From Octopus sinensis (Eukaryota): a DNA stretch of 54,425 nt. The notes beneath the pieces were generated by a model. The model saw only the letters and a program-made list of their open reading frames with translations. It searched no databases and was not told the DNA's origin. Where the stretch lies: contig NW_021835160.1 in assembly GCF_006345805.1 (NCBI RefSeq), forward strand, positions 1 through 54,425, read 5' to 3'. Below, one piece after another: positions 24,446 to 35,979 of this stretch; the first letter of the stretch is position 1; each line of letters starts with the position of its first letter. Both the position numbers and the translations under genes were made by a program.

Positions 24446-24495
24446 TTTGTCAGTGAACAGGTCGCGGATTTTAGCGACGAAAATATTTTGACAAA
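24446..24495 (+). ncRNA. Candidate minimal type I hammerhead with swapped G3:C8 core
   Basis: Stem I TTTGTCA/TGACAAA (7 bp); core GTGAACA plus extra G; stem II GTCGC-GGATTTTA-GCGAC; GAA; palindromic stem III AATATT; UUU triplet (cut after 24488). Confidence 0.55.
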
Positions 24496-24575
24496 TTAAA
24501 CTTAATGTTGAAGTGAATCGAACGGCTTTTGTGTGTTTCTTAAATGCTTATAAACACCTTCCACGCTGCAATTGT

Positions 24576-24623
<48 letters not shown>

Positions 24624-24627
24624 GTGG

Positions 24628-24975
24628 AGGCGATATGGCCCAGTGGTTAGACTAGCGGACGTCACGTTTTCGATTCCCAGACCGGGTGTTGTGAATGTTT
24701 ATTGAACGAAAACACCTAAAGCTCTATGAAGCTCCGGCAGGGTGTGGTGTCGAACCCTGCTGTACTCTTTCACCACATCTTTCTCTCACTCTTTCTTCTT
24801 GTTTCTGCGGTACCTGTACTTCGAAGGGTCAGCCTTGTCACAATCTGTGTCATGCTGAATCTCCCTGAGAACTTCATTAAAAGTACACGTGTCTGTGGAG
24901 TGCTCAGCCACTTGCACGTTCATTTCACGAACAGGCTGTTCCGTTGATCGGATCGACTGGAACCCTCGTCGTCGT
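24628..24975 (+). mobile_element. tRNA-derived SINE, group C
   Basis: GGCCCAGTGGTTAG (A box)..TTCGATTCCC (B box), body, tail ending CCCTCGTCGTCGTA. Confidence 0.75.
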
Positions 24976-24989
24976 ACATATACATACAC

Positions 24990-25200
24990 GACAAGCTTCT
25001 TTCAGTTTCCGTCAACCAAATCCACTCACAAAGTTTTCGTCAACCCGAACTTTAATAGAAGACTCCTGCCCATCAAATCCACTCACAACGCTTTGGTCAG
25101 CCTGAGGCTATAGAAGAAGACACTTGCTTTAAGATGCCATGCGGTGGAACTGAACCCGGAATCATGCGGTTGGGAAGGAAACTTCTTACCATATAGCCAT
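24990..25200 (-). mobile_element. SINE family A 5' half with an internal partial duplication
   Basis: AAATCCACTCACAA occurs twice; GAACTGAACCCGG head. Confidence 0.75.
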
Positions 25201-25997
25201 ATAACAAGAGAATAAAACAATTGATGTACGTTTTCTTTTTACTATACACCCGTAATCAAATTTATGATGTTGCAATAGTAACTTTAACTAAATGCATTGT
25301 TTTATTCAGCTTTCAGATGTTTGTTCCGTAGATTATTGAAGTGAATATAACAAAAGAATATCGGAGAAGTAATTATGTTTCATTGGAATTTGGATACGCA
25401 TGGATTTTACTTGGGTTTCTAAGCATTGGTGAACAATTATGCTATCTCATTCAAAATACCCATCTTTCAGTGCATACGTACACATACGCTCGCACACGCA
25501 TGATTATCTGTACACACACACACACACACACACATAAAGAGAGATACATACAAATAGATGCATAGATACATGCATATATATATATATATATATATATATA
25601 GTATATCATGACAGGAGATTAAAATTATTATGCTGCAGGAAATATTTTCCAATATTTTCAAACCCTTATGCATACCTCACAGAAATATAACAACTACATA
25701 AGTATTAGGAATACAGGAATACGCAGGAGTGCTTCAAGAGGACACAGCTTAGATTTTAACCCTATCAATATTATATATAATATATTATATATATATATAT
25801 ATATACATATATATAATACATACATACATACATATATATACATATACATACATATATATATATATATACATACATACATATACATATACATACATACATA
25901 TACATATATATATACATACATACATATATATACATACATACATATATATATATACATACATACATATATATACATACATACATATATATATATATAC

Positions 25998-26031
<34 letters not shown>

Positions 26032-26063
26032 ATACATACATACATACATATATATATACATAC

Positions 26064-26097
<34 letters not shown>

Positions 26098-26179
26098 ATA
26101 TACATATATATACATATACATACATATATATACATATACATACATATAATACATATACATATACATACATATAATACAT

Positions 26180-26237
<58 letters not shown>

Positions 26238-26584
26238 GTCTATGTATGTACTCATGCATGCCTATATCTATTTGTGTGTGTAGGTGCGTGAAAATGTATA
26301 TAATATCCATGCTTACATATGCATGCTTCCATTTATTTGTAATTTATTTTTACAGAAAAGAGCGCATTGCTGTGGTCGTGTTTGCACAGGTTATCAGTAT
26401 AAAAGGATGCGTTCGGTAATGGGGAGCCTTCTTCACTTCAAAAATAGGAACAAGAATAACGATTGAACTTTTACTTTGGAAAATATTTAATAAGCCAAAG
26501 ATATTTCGGGTAAAACAACTCCTTATCAAATTCTAAGTACAACAGGAGGTCGTCTAACTTGGTTGTCGCGCGTAGCATAACGCC

Positions 26585-26805
26585 GATAGCTGGCAGAAAC
26601 GTTAGCACACCGGGCGAAATGCGTAGCCGTATTTCGTCTGCCGTTTCGTTCCGAGTTCAAATTCCGCTGAGGTCGACTTTGCCCTTCATCCTTTCGGGGT
26701 CGATTAAATAAGTACCAGTTACGCACTGGGGTCGATATAATCGACTTAATCCGTTTGTCTGTCCTTGTTTGTCCCCTCTGTGTTTAGCCCCTTGTAAAGA
26801 AATAG
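26585..26805 (+). mobile_element. tRNA-derived SINE, family B (central block resembling the Deu/Nin SINE domain)
   Basis: GCTGGCAGAAACGTTAGCAC..GAGTTCAAATTCC (B box)..CTTCATCCTTTCGGGGTCGAT..TTGTCCCCTCTGTGTTTAGCCCCTTG tail. Confidence 0.85.
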
Positions 26806-26821
26806 ATATTAGATGTCACTT

Positions 26822-26866
<45 letters not shown>

Positions 26867-27099
26867 ACACACACTCACTCATGCACACATGAATACACAT
26901 GTGTCCCTTTAAATCAAGCAGTACAGCTGGTGGGGAGTGAGTTCCTGGAAAAGGTCGTCCGAAGAGTTCCAAGAGATTTTAACAGAAAAGAATGAAATAG
27001 GCAAAACCTCCATCTTAGGATGTAGAATGTGCTTACATTGGTACAAGGGAAGAAAAAAGTGAAACCTTTCCTCTCCAGAGTGAATACTTCACTGGGAAA

Positions 27100-27288
27100 C
27101 CTTTGCGTGGTAAGAGACTTGCTTCCCAATCATACGGTCCCGGGTTCAGTCCCACTGCGTGGCACCTCAAGCAAATGTCTTCTTCAGAAGCCTCGAGCCG
27201 ACCAAAGCCTTGTGAATAGTTTTCGTAGATGGAAGCTGAAAGACACCCATTGTATATATACGTGTGTGTGCATCCGCGTGTCTGTGTA

Positions 27289-27319
<31 letters not shown>

Positions 27320-27440
27320 TGTGTTGTGTGTGTGTGTGTGTGTGTGTTTGTATTTGTGCCCTCCTACCGCTTGGCAACCGATCTTGCTGTGTTTACGTCT
27401 CTATTACTTAGCATTTTGGCAATAGAAACCGACAGAATTT
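27100..27440 (+). mobile_element. SINE family A (3' truncated)
   Basis: GGTAAGAGACTTGCTTCCCAATCATACGGTCCCGGGTTCAGTCCCACTGCGTGGCACC head. Confidence 0.85.
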
Positions 27441-27519
27441 GTACAAGGTTTTCAAAAAAAATAGTGGGATCGATTCGTAATAGAAACAACAAAAAAACAG
27501 TATCAAATAATGAATAGAA

Positions 27520-28600
27520 TATAGCCAGCCATGGTACCAGCTTTCATGGAGTAATCATGGGTTATTCCTTAGACCCCAATGCTTGTAACTTTTCACGTAG
27601 GCACAATGGAAATAATTGTGAAGCGAAAGAAAATATACAAATGATATTCTAGAGATATGTGGACGATAGATTCATCGTACTGGAAACACTGGAAGATATT
27701 TGGAAGTTGGAGAAAAAAAATCTAGGAAATAACTCCATTGTAAAATTAACCATCGAACGCAGTACGAACAAAATTCCTTGCAATACAAGATTCCATTTCC
27801 AAAGAATATATCGAACTTGTCACGTCTGTTTAAAGTAAAGCTGCGAATGAATGCACATTCTCACACGGAGACCGCTTATATCCACTGAGATAGAAAATGT
27901 TAGAGTTTATCTCCCGGCACAGAAGAGCGTTTACTTTCTCCTCCACAAACAAAACACCAAATAAAAAAAACAAGATGGAGATGAAACAAGCATTAATTAG
28001 CGACGGTTATTGTAACAAAACAAATAAACTTAAGTCGTAGCATAATAACAAATATAATTACCACGAAATAATTATATCGGGTACCACACCTATCCAAAAT
28101 ACATAAACCACGCAATGTGTAATGTAGCAATCAAATGTGAAACAGCTACAGACGACATGAACACATTATCAGAACATCCTATAAAACATAACACCAAATG
28201 TATTATTGTACTAAACCATATATTAGTCGTAATAATATACTAGAACCATCTTTTCAGTAGCCATAAACAAATAAATCCGCGAACAAGCTACTAATGACCA
28301 ATGAGATGAATAAATTCGATTAAAACTGTGGATGATATAAAAGCCAAGATTTTATTTATTGCATTGGCAATACAAAAGTGACCCTCTTCCGCTGGATTGC
28401 TATGCGCTTATAACAGAGGGCAGCCGTTACACACTGCAACCTGTAACACGAAATAAAATTAAACGTGATCTCACTGGTGAAAAAACACATCTCCGTAGAA
28501 TTCCCTAAAAAAAGTCAGATGGTTAAATGATGGAAACAATATTCAAAAAGAGGAACACTACAAAAGTAAACACAAAAACATGTACTGCAACCAAAAATAA
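27520..28600 (+). mobile_element. Degenerate Penelope-like element: RT and GIY-YIG endonuclease remnants
   Basis: Manual translation: GVIMGYSLDPNACNF (27548-27592; cf. PLE GxxMGSPLSPxxAN); RYVDDRFIV (YVDD at 27656-27667); MKQALISDGY (27981-28010; cf. LxxNGY); CIGNTKVTLFRWIAMRL (from 28360; cf. YIGxTxxxLxxR). Many stops and frameshifts. Confidence 0.75.
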
Positions 28601-28699
28601 GCTATTGACTTGCGACGGAAAAGACTATCACTCAAAATTCAAATTCCAGTGATAATCTCTACATCACTCGTATTCTTTTCGACTGTAGGTACAAGTCCT

Positions 28700-29065
28700 G
28701 AAATTTTGAGGGAGAGGGCCAGTCGATTAGATCGACCCCAGCACGCAACTCATACTTATTTAATCGACCCCGAAAGGATGAAAAGCAAAGTCGACTTCGG
28801 CGGAAGTTGAAATCAGAACGTACAGATAGACGAAATACCCATTTCTTTATTGCCCACAAGGGGCTAAGCACAGAGGGGACAAACAAGGATAGATAAAGGG
28901 ATCAAGTCGATTACATCGACCCCAGTGCATAACTGGTACTTTATTTATCGACCCCGAAAGGATGAAAGGCAAAGTCGACCTCGGCGGAATTTTAACTCAA
29001 AACGTATAGCGGCAAACGAAATACCGCTAAGCATTTCGCCCGGCGTGCTAACGTTTTTGCCAACT
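28700..29065 (-). mobile_element. Two tandem SINE family B copies (28700-28835 partial; 28842-29065 near complete)
   Basis: GACCCCGAAAGGATGAAA..GTCGAC occurs twice. Confidence 0.85.
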
Positions 29066-29464
29066 CGCCGCCCTCTTAATGTAGATATACTGTTGAAAGC
29101 CACAAAACCGCTGTATTAGTCTTGAGCAAATATATACCCTTAAATTATCGATCCTGAAATTAATTAGATATAAAGATTGACTTTCGTTTTCAACTCAAGA
29201 TTTCATCCTAAATTTGAACTCAGACCTCAGAGTTCTAGGCCTTATACCACGTCATTTATCCAAACTTTCTAATGACACTACCAATAAAAGTAGCCGTCAC
29301 TAGCAAGCGGGTATGTTTTGCTAGTATATACTATGATTGCACTAATTGTTTTAGATACCTGGATAGACGTAAATACCTCTTCGAGCCCACATCCTTGACC
29401 CAGCGAAACATCTAGAAAATGATCCGGGTTGCATCAGTGCCCGGTTGGATCTCATTTTCCAGTT

Positions 29465-29784
29465 GAGAAGTGCCTTATTTATGATACGAGGCGTCGCCCG
29501 GTCCAAGAATCGAAACCACCACCTCATGTCCACGAACCTAACACCCCAAAAAATACGCTTCGCACATTCAGAGCTACTCAGTTGAAGAATGTCCTGTTCA
29601 AGACACGACGCGTCACCCGGTTCCAGAATGGAAACCACGACCTCATACTCGTGAACCTAACATCCTAACCAATACGCCTCGCTGAGGAGTGCTTGTTCAA
29701 GATACGACGAGCCGCCCGGACCATGAGTCGAAACCACGACCTCATGCTTAGGAACCTAACACCCTAACCACTAAGACTCGCACC
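29465..29784 (-). repeat. Three tandem degenerate tRNA-like SINE heads (periods 119 and 99 bp)
   Basis: GAAACCAC..CCTCAT..GAACCTAACA.CC anchors at 29512, 29631 and 29730. Confidence 0.75.
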
Positions 29785-30366
29785 TTTAGAACTACTCCGA
29801 CAAGTCACTCCTTTTCTGTCGGTTTAATATAAAATTAATTAAAAGAAAAAAGGAAACAAAATTTAATCTAATGATATTGGAAAATGAGAAATCGATATTG
29901 AATATTGTTTGGAGGCCAGTAGAACACTGCACTGAATGCCCTGTGGCGCTTAATTTAGAGCTCTATACTTGTATACTTTATGTTCTGAGATCGAATCTTC
30001 CCGAGGTCATCTTTGCCTTTCCAGTCACTAAACTATCAGAAAGAAATTGAGGCCCGAATTTGAACTAATCCACCCCAACACACCTTATCTCCTTCCCTGC
30101 CACCGTACCGAAATTTATGGGGGTTTTGAGGCTTATAACAAAAAATCGATATAATTACATTTTTATAATCTGCCAATGTCAGAAAATCAATCAATATTAA
30201 GTGTGGTTAATTAGCGAAATCGTAGATTATTAAAGACAATACCTTGCAGTACTGCGGTATCTGGTTACGGACGTTTATTTTCAAATCCCGTCGATGTCTT
30301 CTTTTTTTATATTTTATCGATCTCCAATTATTCTGAAGGTTGAAAAATTAAGTAGCAATCAATATA

Positions 30367-30708
30367 GGGGCAGGTGTGGCTGTGTGGGTAAGAAGTTTTT
30401 TTCTGAACCATGTGGTTCGGGGATTCAGTCTCACGGGGCAGCACCTTGGGCAAGTGCTTTCTACTATAGCACCGCCCACCAAAGCTTTTTGAGCGGATTT
30501 GATAAACAGAAACAAAAAAAAAATGGAAGAAGTTCTTTGTATGCGTGTGTGTGGTTTTTGTGATTGTGTTTTGTTTGTTCCTACACCGCTTTACAACCGG
30601 TGTTTGTCCTTTTACGTTCCCGTAAATTAGCGGTTCGACAGAATCAAACCGTTCAAGGCAACACTCCAGAATGACCGCAATCCAATGACTGAAACAAGTA
30701 TAAGAAAC
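30367..30708 (+). mobile_element. SINE family A
   Basis: Head, central block and GACTGAAACAAGTA tail. Confidence 0.8.
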
Positions 30709-30720
30709 AAGATAGTTATC

Positions 30721-31158
30721 TATTACTTGTTTCAGTTAGTAAACTGCGGCCATGCTGGGGCACCGCCTTGAATTTTTTTTTTTTTAGTCGAATGAATCGA
30801 CTCCAGGACTTATTCCTTGTAATCCAAGTATTTATTCTATCGGTATCTTTTCCCGAAACGCTAAGCTACAGGAACACAAACACATTAACACCGGTTGTCA
30901 AGTGGTGGTGGTGGTGGTGGGGGGACAAAACAGACACAAAGACATACGCACATAGATGCACACACGCATACACACACACGTATATATATATATATATATA
31001 TATATACGATAGGCTTGTTTCAGTTTCCGTCCATCAAATCCACTCACAAGGATTTAGTCGACCCGAGACTATAGGAGAAGACATTTGCCCAAGATGCTAT
31101 GCAGTGGGACTGAACCTGGAACCTTGTAGTTGGAAAGCAAGCTTCTTAACACACCCAC
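30721..31158 (-). mobile_element. SINE family A, tail-to-tail with the previous copy
   Basis: Reverse-complement tail TACTTGTTTCAGT and head GGGACTGAACCTGGAACC. Confidence 0.8.
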
Positions 31159-31196
31159 GAATGGAATGATAGCTGAAGACTAAGATAAAATATATA

Positions 31197-31392
31197 TTTC
31201 TTTACTACCAACAAGGGGCTAAACACAGAGAGGACAAACGAGGACAGACAAACTGGTACTTAATTTATCGATCCCGAAAGGGTGAAAAGCAAAGTCGACC
31301 TCGGCGGAATTTGAACTCAGAACGCAGCGGTGGACAAAATACCGCAAAGCATTTCGCCCGGCGTGCTAACGTTTCTGCCAGCTCGCCGCCAT
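31197..31392 (-). mobile_element. SINE family B with an internal deletion
   Basis: GCTCGCCGCC head end and AACAAGGGGCTAAACACAGAG tail. Confidence 0.85.
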
Positions 31393-31814
31393 AACGAATG
31401 GAACGATAGCTGAAGACTAAGGTAAAATATAATACCAGAAAACAGGTTGAAAATACTTTCCATTGTCTCAACCATTTCTGCAGCAGTGGAATGATAATAC
31501 AAGATTAAAATGAATTAATAGGGTAGATTAAACATTCCCACAAAGTGTATGTATGGAGCGTGACCAAGGTCGCGGTTTCGATTTCCGGACCAGACTGGGC
31601 GGTACGTTGCGTTCTTGAGCAAAACATTTGATTTCACTTTCTTCCAGTCCAGTCAGCTGTAAATGAGGTACGTTTCGACAGACGAGACTGGGTAACCGGG
31701 ATTCAGACTGGGTAACCGGTCCTGAGTCCGATGACCCAAGACAATACTTAATTTTGAAAAGCAGCATAGATGTGAATGGAACTGTAAGCAGAGGTCTAAA
31801 ACTAAGATAAAATA

Positions 31815-32190
31815 CTATACTAGTCACTTCCCAACCACGTGGTTTCGTGTTCAGTCCCACTGTGTGGCACCTTGGGCAATGTCTTTTACTATAGCCTCGG
31901 GCCGACTGAAGCCTTGTGAGTGGATTTGGTAGACGGAAACTAAGAGAATCCCGTTGCATATATATGTGTGTGTGTGTGTGTATTTGTGTTTGTGCCTCTG
32001 TTTCCCCACCACCACCACCACCACAATCGCTTGACACCCGATGTTGGTTTGGTGTGTTTACATCTCCGTAACTTAGCGGCTCGTCAAAAGAGATCGATAG
32101 AATAAGTACTTACAAAGAATAAGTCCTGGGGTCAATTTGTTCGACTAAAGCGGTGCTCCAGCATGGCCGCAGTCAAAAAATTGAAACAAA
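31815..32190 (+). mobile_element. SINE family A
   Basis: CTTCCCAACCACGTGGTTTCGTGTTCAGTCCCACTG..CAGCATGGCCGCAGTC. Confidence 0.85.
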
Positions 32191-32419
32191 TAAAAGAAAT
32201 AAAAGAATTACAGGGCAAGATTTCACTTGAAATAAAAGAGTAAGATATAAAGCATTACCTGCCAAATACTAGAGAAGATTTAATATTCCGATGAAGATAT
32301 GATGATAATAGATGTCTAAGACAAAATAAAATACGAGTCAAATACTGGGATAGATTTACTGTTCTTATATAAACTAGATGACAGCGATATTATAATAGAC
32401 GACTAAGATACAATACAGT

Positions 32420-32560
32420 ACCGGTCAAATGCTTTATTTGCTCGACCCCCCGAAGAGATGAAAGGTAAAGTTGGCCTCAGCGGGAATTTAACTCGCCGCG
32501 TAAAGAGACGGAAGAAATGCCGCTTAGCAGTTTGTCCAACGCGCTAGCGATTCTGCCAGC
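32420..32560 (-). mobile_element. Diverged SINE family B fragment
   Basis: GACCCCCCGAAGAGATGAAAGGTAAAGTTGGCCTCAGCGGGAATTTAACTC. Confidence 0.65.
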
Positions 32561-32702
32561 TGAAGTTGAAAGGAGAGATGAATAGGAGAAAACAGAGCTT
32601 TACATCCGCATGGTTTAAAAAAAAAGTCGATTGGTTGCAACTGATAATGAACGCAACACCACAGAAGTTTCTTACGTGAACAATCATTGATAGAAGAACA
32701 AA

Positions 32703-33025
32703 GGCGCATGGCTCAGTGGTTCGAGCGTCGGACTCACAATCATGAGGTAGCGGGTTCCATTCCCGAACCGGGTTGTGTGTTGTGTGCTTGAGCAAGGCTT
32801 TTTATTTCACGTTGTTCTAGTTCACTCAGCTGTAGAAACATTGCGACGTCACTGGTGCCAAGCTGTATCGGCCTTTGCCTTTCCCTTGGATATCATCGGC
32901 GGCGGGAGATAGGAGGCTGGTATGCAAGGGTGACTGCTGGTCTTCCATAAACAACTTTGCTCGGACTTGTACTTGAGAGGGGGATTTTCTAGGTGCAATC
33001 CCATGGTTATTTATGACCGAAAGGG
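32703..33025 (+). mobile_element. tRNA-derived SINE, group C variant
   Basis: GGCTCAGTGGTTCGAGCG..GGTTCCATTCCC..TTGAGCAAGG..TTTCACGTTG..CAGCTG core. Confidence 0.75.
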
Positions 33026-35564
33026 GTCTCCTCAGAAGAAGGACGAGTAATGGAATGAAGAGAAGCAGGTCAAAGTCATGAGTGAGATGGAGGAAAAAGA
33101 TGAGGAGAGGGGGAAGGATAACAAGGGTGTTAAGGAATTCAGACGTGGCGAAGGAGTAGAATGTAAAACCTTCATTTACACCTGTTGGTGACGTGGTGCC
33201 AAGTTCGAATACGAAACATTAATAGTGAAGTGTTGTCAATACACTAATAATGGCTTCATGCAAATGTATCGCAATTATTCAATCGAACTTCAATGGCGAC
33301 CACTCTGCCATATTTTAGACGAGAGTATGATACAAAATATAGTGAGATTTCATGAGATCACAAACGAGATGATGAAAAACGAACTGGATAAATAAAAGCA
33401 AGGGAAACAATCACTATTCCAGTTATAGCAGTGTGTTTTGGTTACTGTTAGTGTAACGCTACTTTTATGTTTCTTATTTGGAAATAGATAAATATATTTT
33501 ACTTTTGAAGTAGGGATATATATTGATAAACCCGTCACTTATAACTTACCTATAAGTGTTATCATTATATGTAAATCCATACTCCAGCTACATAAACGCT
33601 ATAGCAAGAAATATATTCTCTGAAACGCTAACGTGCATGTATGTTGAAGATAAATAAATTCGTGTTCTTTTAACCGCTATAAAAAAATATACAGTTTCAC
33701 AATTACAGAAATAAATGTCATTAATAAGTTGAAGAACGTGAAAAAAGAGAAAATAATTACTACATTAGTTTATTTATGTACATTTAGCATTTTTAATATT
33801 TATAATACAATTTGAAGTAAAGTAATTTTGTCGTAGAGAATTGCGACTTAAAATTTACACTAATTCTTCATACTAACTATATAGATCTCAACAATTCAAA
33901 TAAGTCTTGTAGGATTTTTCATAGACATGGCACAAAAAAATAACCAATGTCTCAAAGGAATGAGTGTCGTGGAGTTTAGTAACATCCCACAAAACACTAA
34001 AGTTTTCCCCAAAATCCAGGGTTTTTATAACTGCTCAACTTGACTTTAAAGAATTGAAATCACATAAAAACATTATTTAACTAATTTTCAGAATTCCTAT
34101 ATGAACAGTTATTTCAACCAATGAGAAAACGACAATCATATTTCTTCGGCAATACGACATTACGTCATATTACCAGCTACCACAAATTGGCGGTACTATT
34201 TGAAACGGCTGCACGCTACACAGTACATGAAAAATTGCTTTACTTATGTATTCAGCGTCTTCGTTTCGTATCATCTGTGATCTCATAAAATATGGTATTG
34301 CACTCACACCATTATTTAAGTCACAACTGAACAATTCCGGATATATTAGTGTGAAACCATTGGTATCTTATTAATAATACACTTCTGTTTAAAAATTATC
34401 TGTACACGATTGCAGTGTTACACTGACTTGTGCATGCATGTATATATGTATGCATGTAAAACGTGTGTGTGCGCGTGCGTGTATGTATACGCACATGTGT
34501 TTGTATAATTGAATATTAAGCCCTCACCATCAGCTGTCTCACAAAAGATTACAGCAGTTTCGACCCCTAAGACAGACTTGCACATCTGATGAGCGTCCAT
34601 AATCAAATGTTTTTTCTCTGATTTTATCGCCTCTTGTCATACTTTACACTCATGTTTATATATACACGTATATAAACACGGTTATATACATTTTCATTCG
34701 TTTTCTTCTCTAATTGCATTCACCCTCTCTTTGCTCCCTCCTCTTTTTCAATTCTTTCTTTCTTATCACCATGTCCTTTTCATTTCTTTATTTTCTTTCT
34801 TTTTGACTTCTCCCTCTTCCCCCTCCCACCTATGTCTATATCTTCTTTGTCTACCTTCTTTCCATTCTTAACTCCTCACTTCCTGCTTTCCTTTGACTTC
34901 TGATCCCCCCCCTCTCTCTCTCTGAGTTTTGCGTTCCTCTATCGACCACACGAGTGCTTCACTTCTCCAGTATTTTCTTAAGGGCTTCAACCAGCATTCA
35001 TCCTGTATTTCCTTTCCCTTTCTTGTCTCAAGTGTTGCGCATTTCCTTTGTATCCCCTTCTTTTGTTTTGTTACCATAGTTATCGATTAACATTTTATTT
35101 TTAAGAACTGTTTTGTATAACTTCATCGCAACTAAGCCTTTGTGTTTTATTATTTCTGTCCTAGATGCAACGATGTTCAGCTAATAAGGTCGCGCGTTCG
35201 ATTCCCGGACAGAGCGGTGCATTGCATCCTTGAGCAAGGCACTCCAACATACCAAGCTGAAAATAAGCCCTACCTGAATTCTTGCATAGCTCTCCCTCTC
35301 TCCCTCCTACTGCCATATCCTCTAAGTCCTGCTGAGTTAAAAGTAGAAGAGCCAAGAGCGTGTGTATGCTTCCTTGTGATTCTACAGGCACCTGAAACGT
35401 TTAACGTAAGCGTGGGAGATGTATCTAAAACGATTAGCGAAGCGTGGGACCAAATCACACAGATTTGAGCGTTGCAGCTTAGAATAAACCTACAATTGCG
35501 TTTCGATACTTTTTTTGTTGTTGTTGGTTCCTTCTCAAAACATGCCTGGCTCATAAGGGCCGGA

Positions 35565-35979
35565 GGAACTTTTCGGTTTAAACGGCAGTTTTTTCTAGCG
35601 GTGTCATATGAAATTGTCACCCATAATTATGACCCTAGAATCGATCTATTGCATTTCAATCTGTTTCAGGGTTAGGGTTTTGTTAGGGTTAGGGGTGGGG
35701 GGAAGGGTATCTTTTCTCTTCAGAAATGTAAATAAACCCAATCTGTTTCTTAAACGAGGGACATATTCATACGGCACATAATGTTTTCACCTCAATAGAC
35801 GTCATTGATTGGTTGAAATTGCAGAAATTGAAGAAAAAAGACAACTATCTTACAAACTTTAGAATAAAGCCAAGAGAAAAAGATGTTTTATAAACACATT
35901 CTACCAGTATACGAAGTTTAAAAGTGTTTAGTTACGTGGAAATTATTTAAAAAAACTGCCGTTCAAACCGAAAAGATCC
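35565..35979. mobile_element. Non-autonomous DNA transposon (MITE), ~415 bp, 30-bp TIRs, internal TTAGGG repeats
   Basis: Left TIR GGAACTTTTCGGTTTAAACGGCAGTTTTTT; right TIR reverse complement GGATCTTTTCGGTTTGAACGGCAGTTTTTT (2 mismatches). No TSD identified. Confidence 0.8.

Larger units (their letters stand above)
24293..24576. repeat. 284-bp near-perfect palindrome (arms 140 and 138 bp, 6-nt centre CTGCAA)
   Basis: Left arm 24293-24432 is the reverse complement of right arm 24439-24576 except for two 1-nt deletions in the right arm. Confidence 0.97.

Noticed and set aside
29465-29784. CRISPR-like repeat-spacer array (also considered for 3810-4600)
   Set aside because: Eukaryotic context, degenerate units without unique spacers, and no cas genes.
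35667-35702. Telomere or chromosome-fusion scar
   Set aside because: Only about 3 imperfect TTAGGG units, internal to a TIR element.
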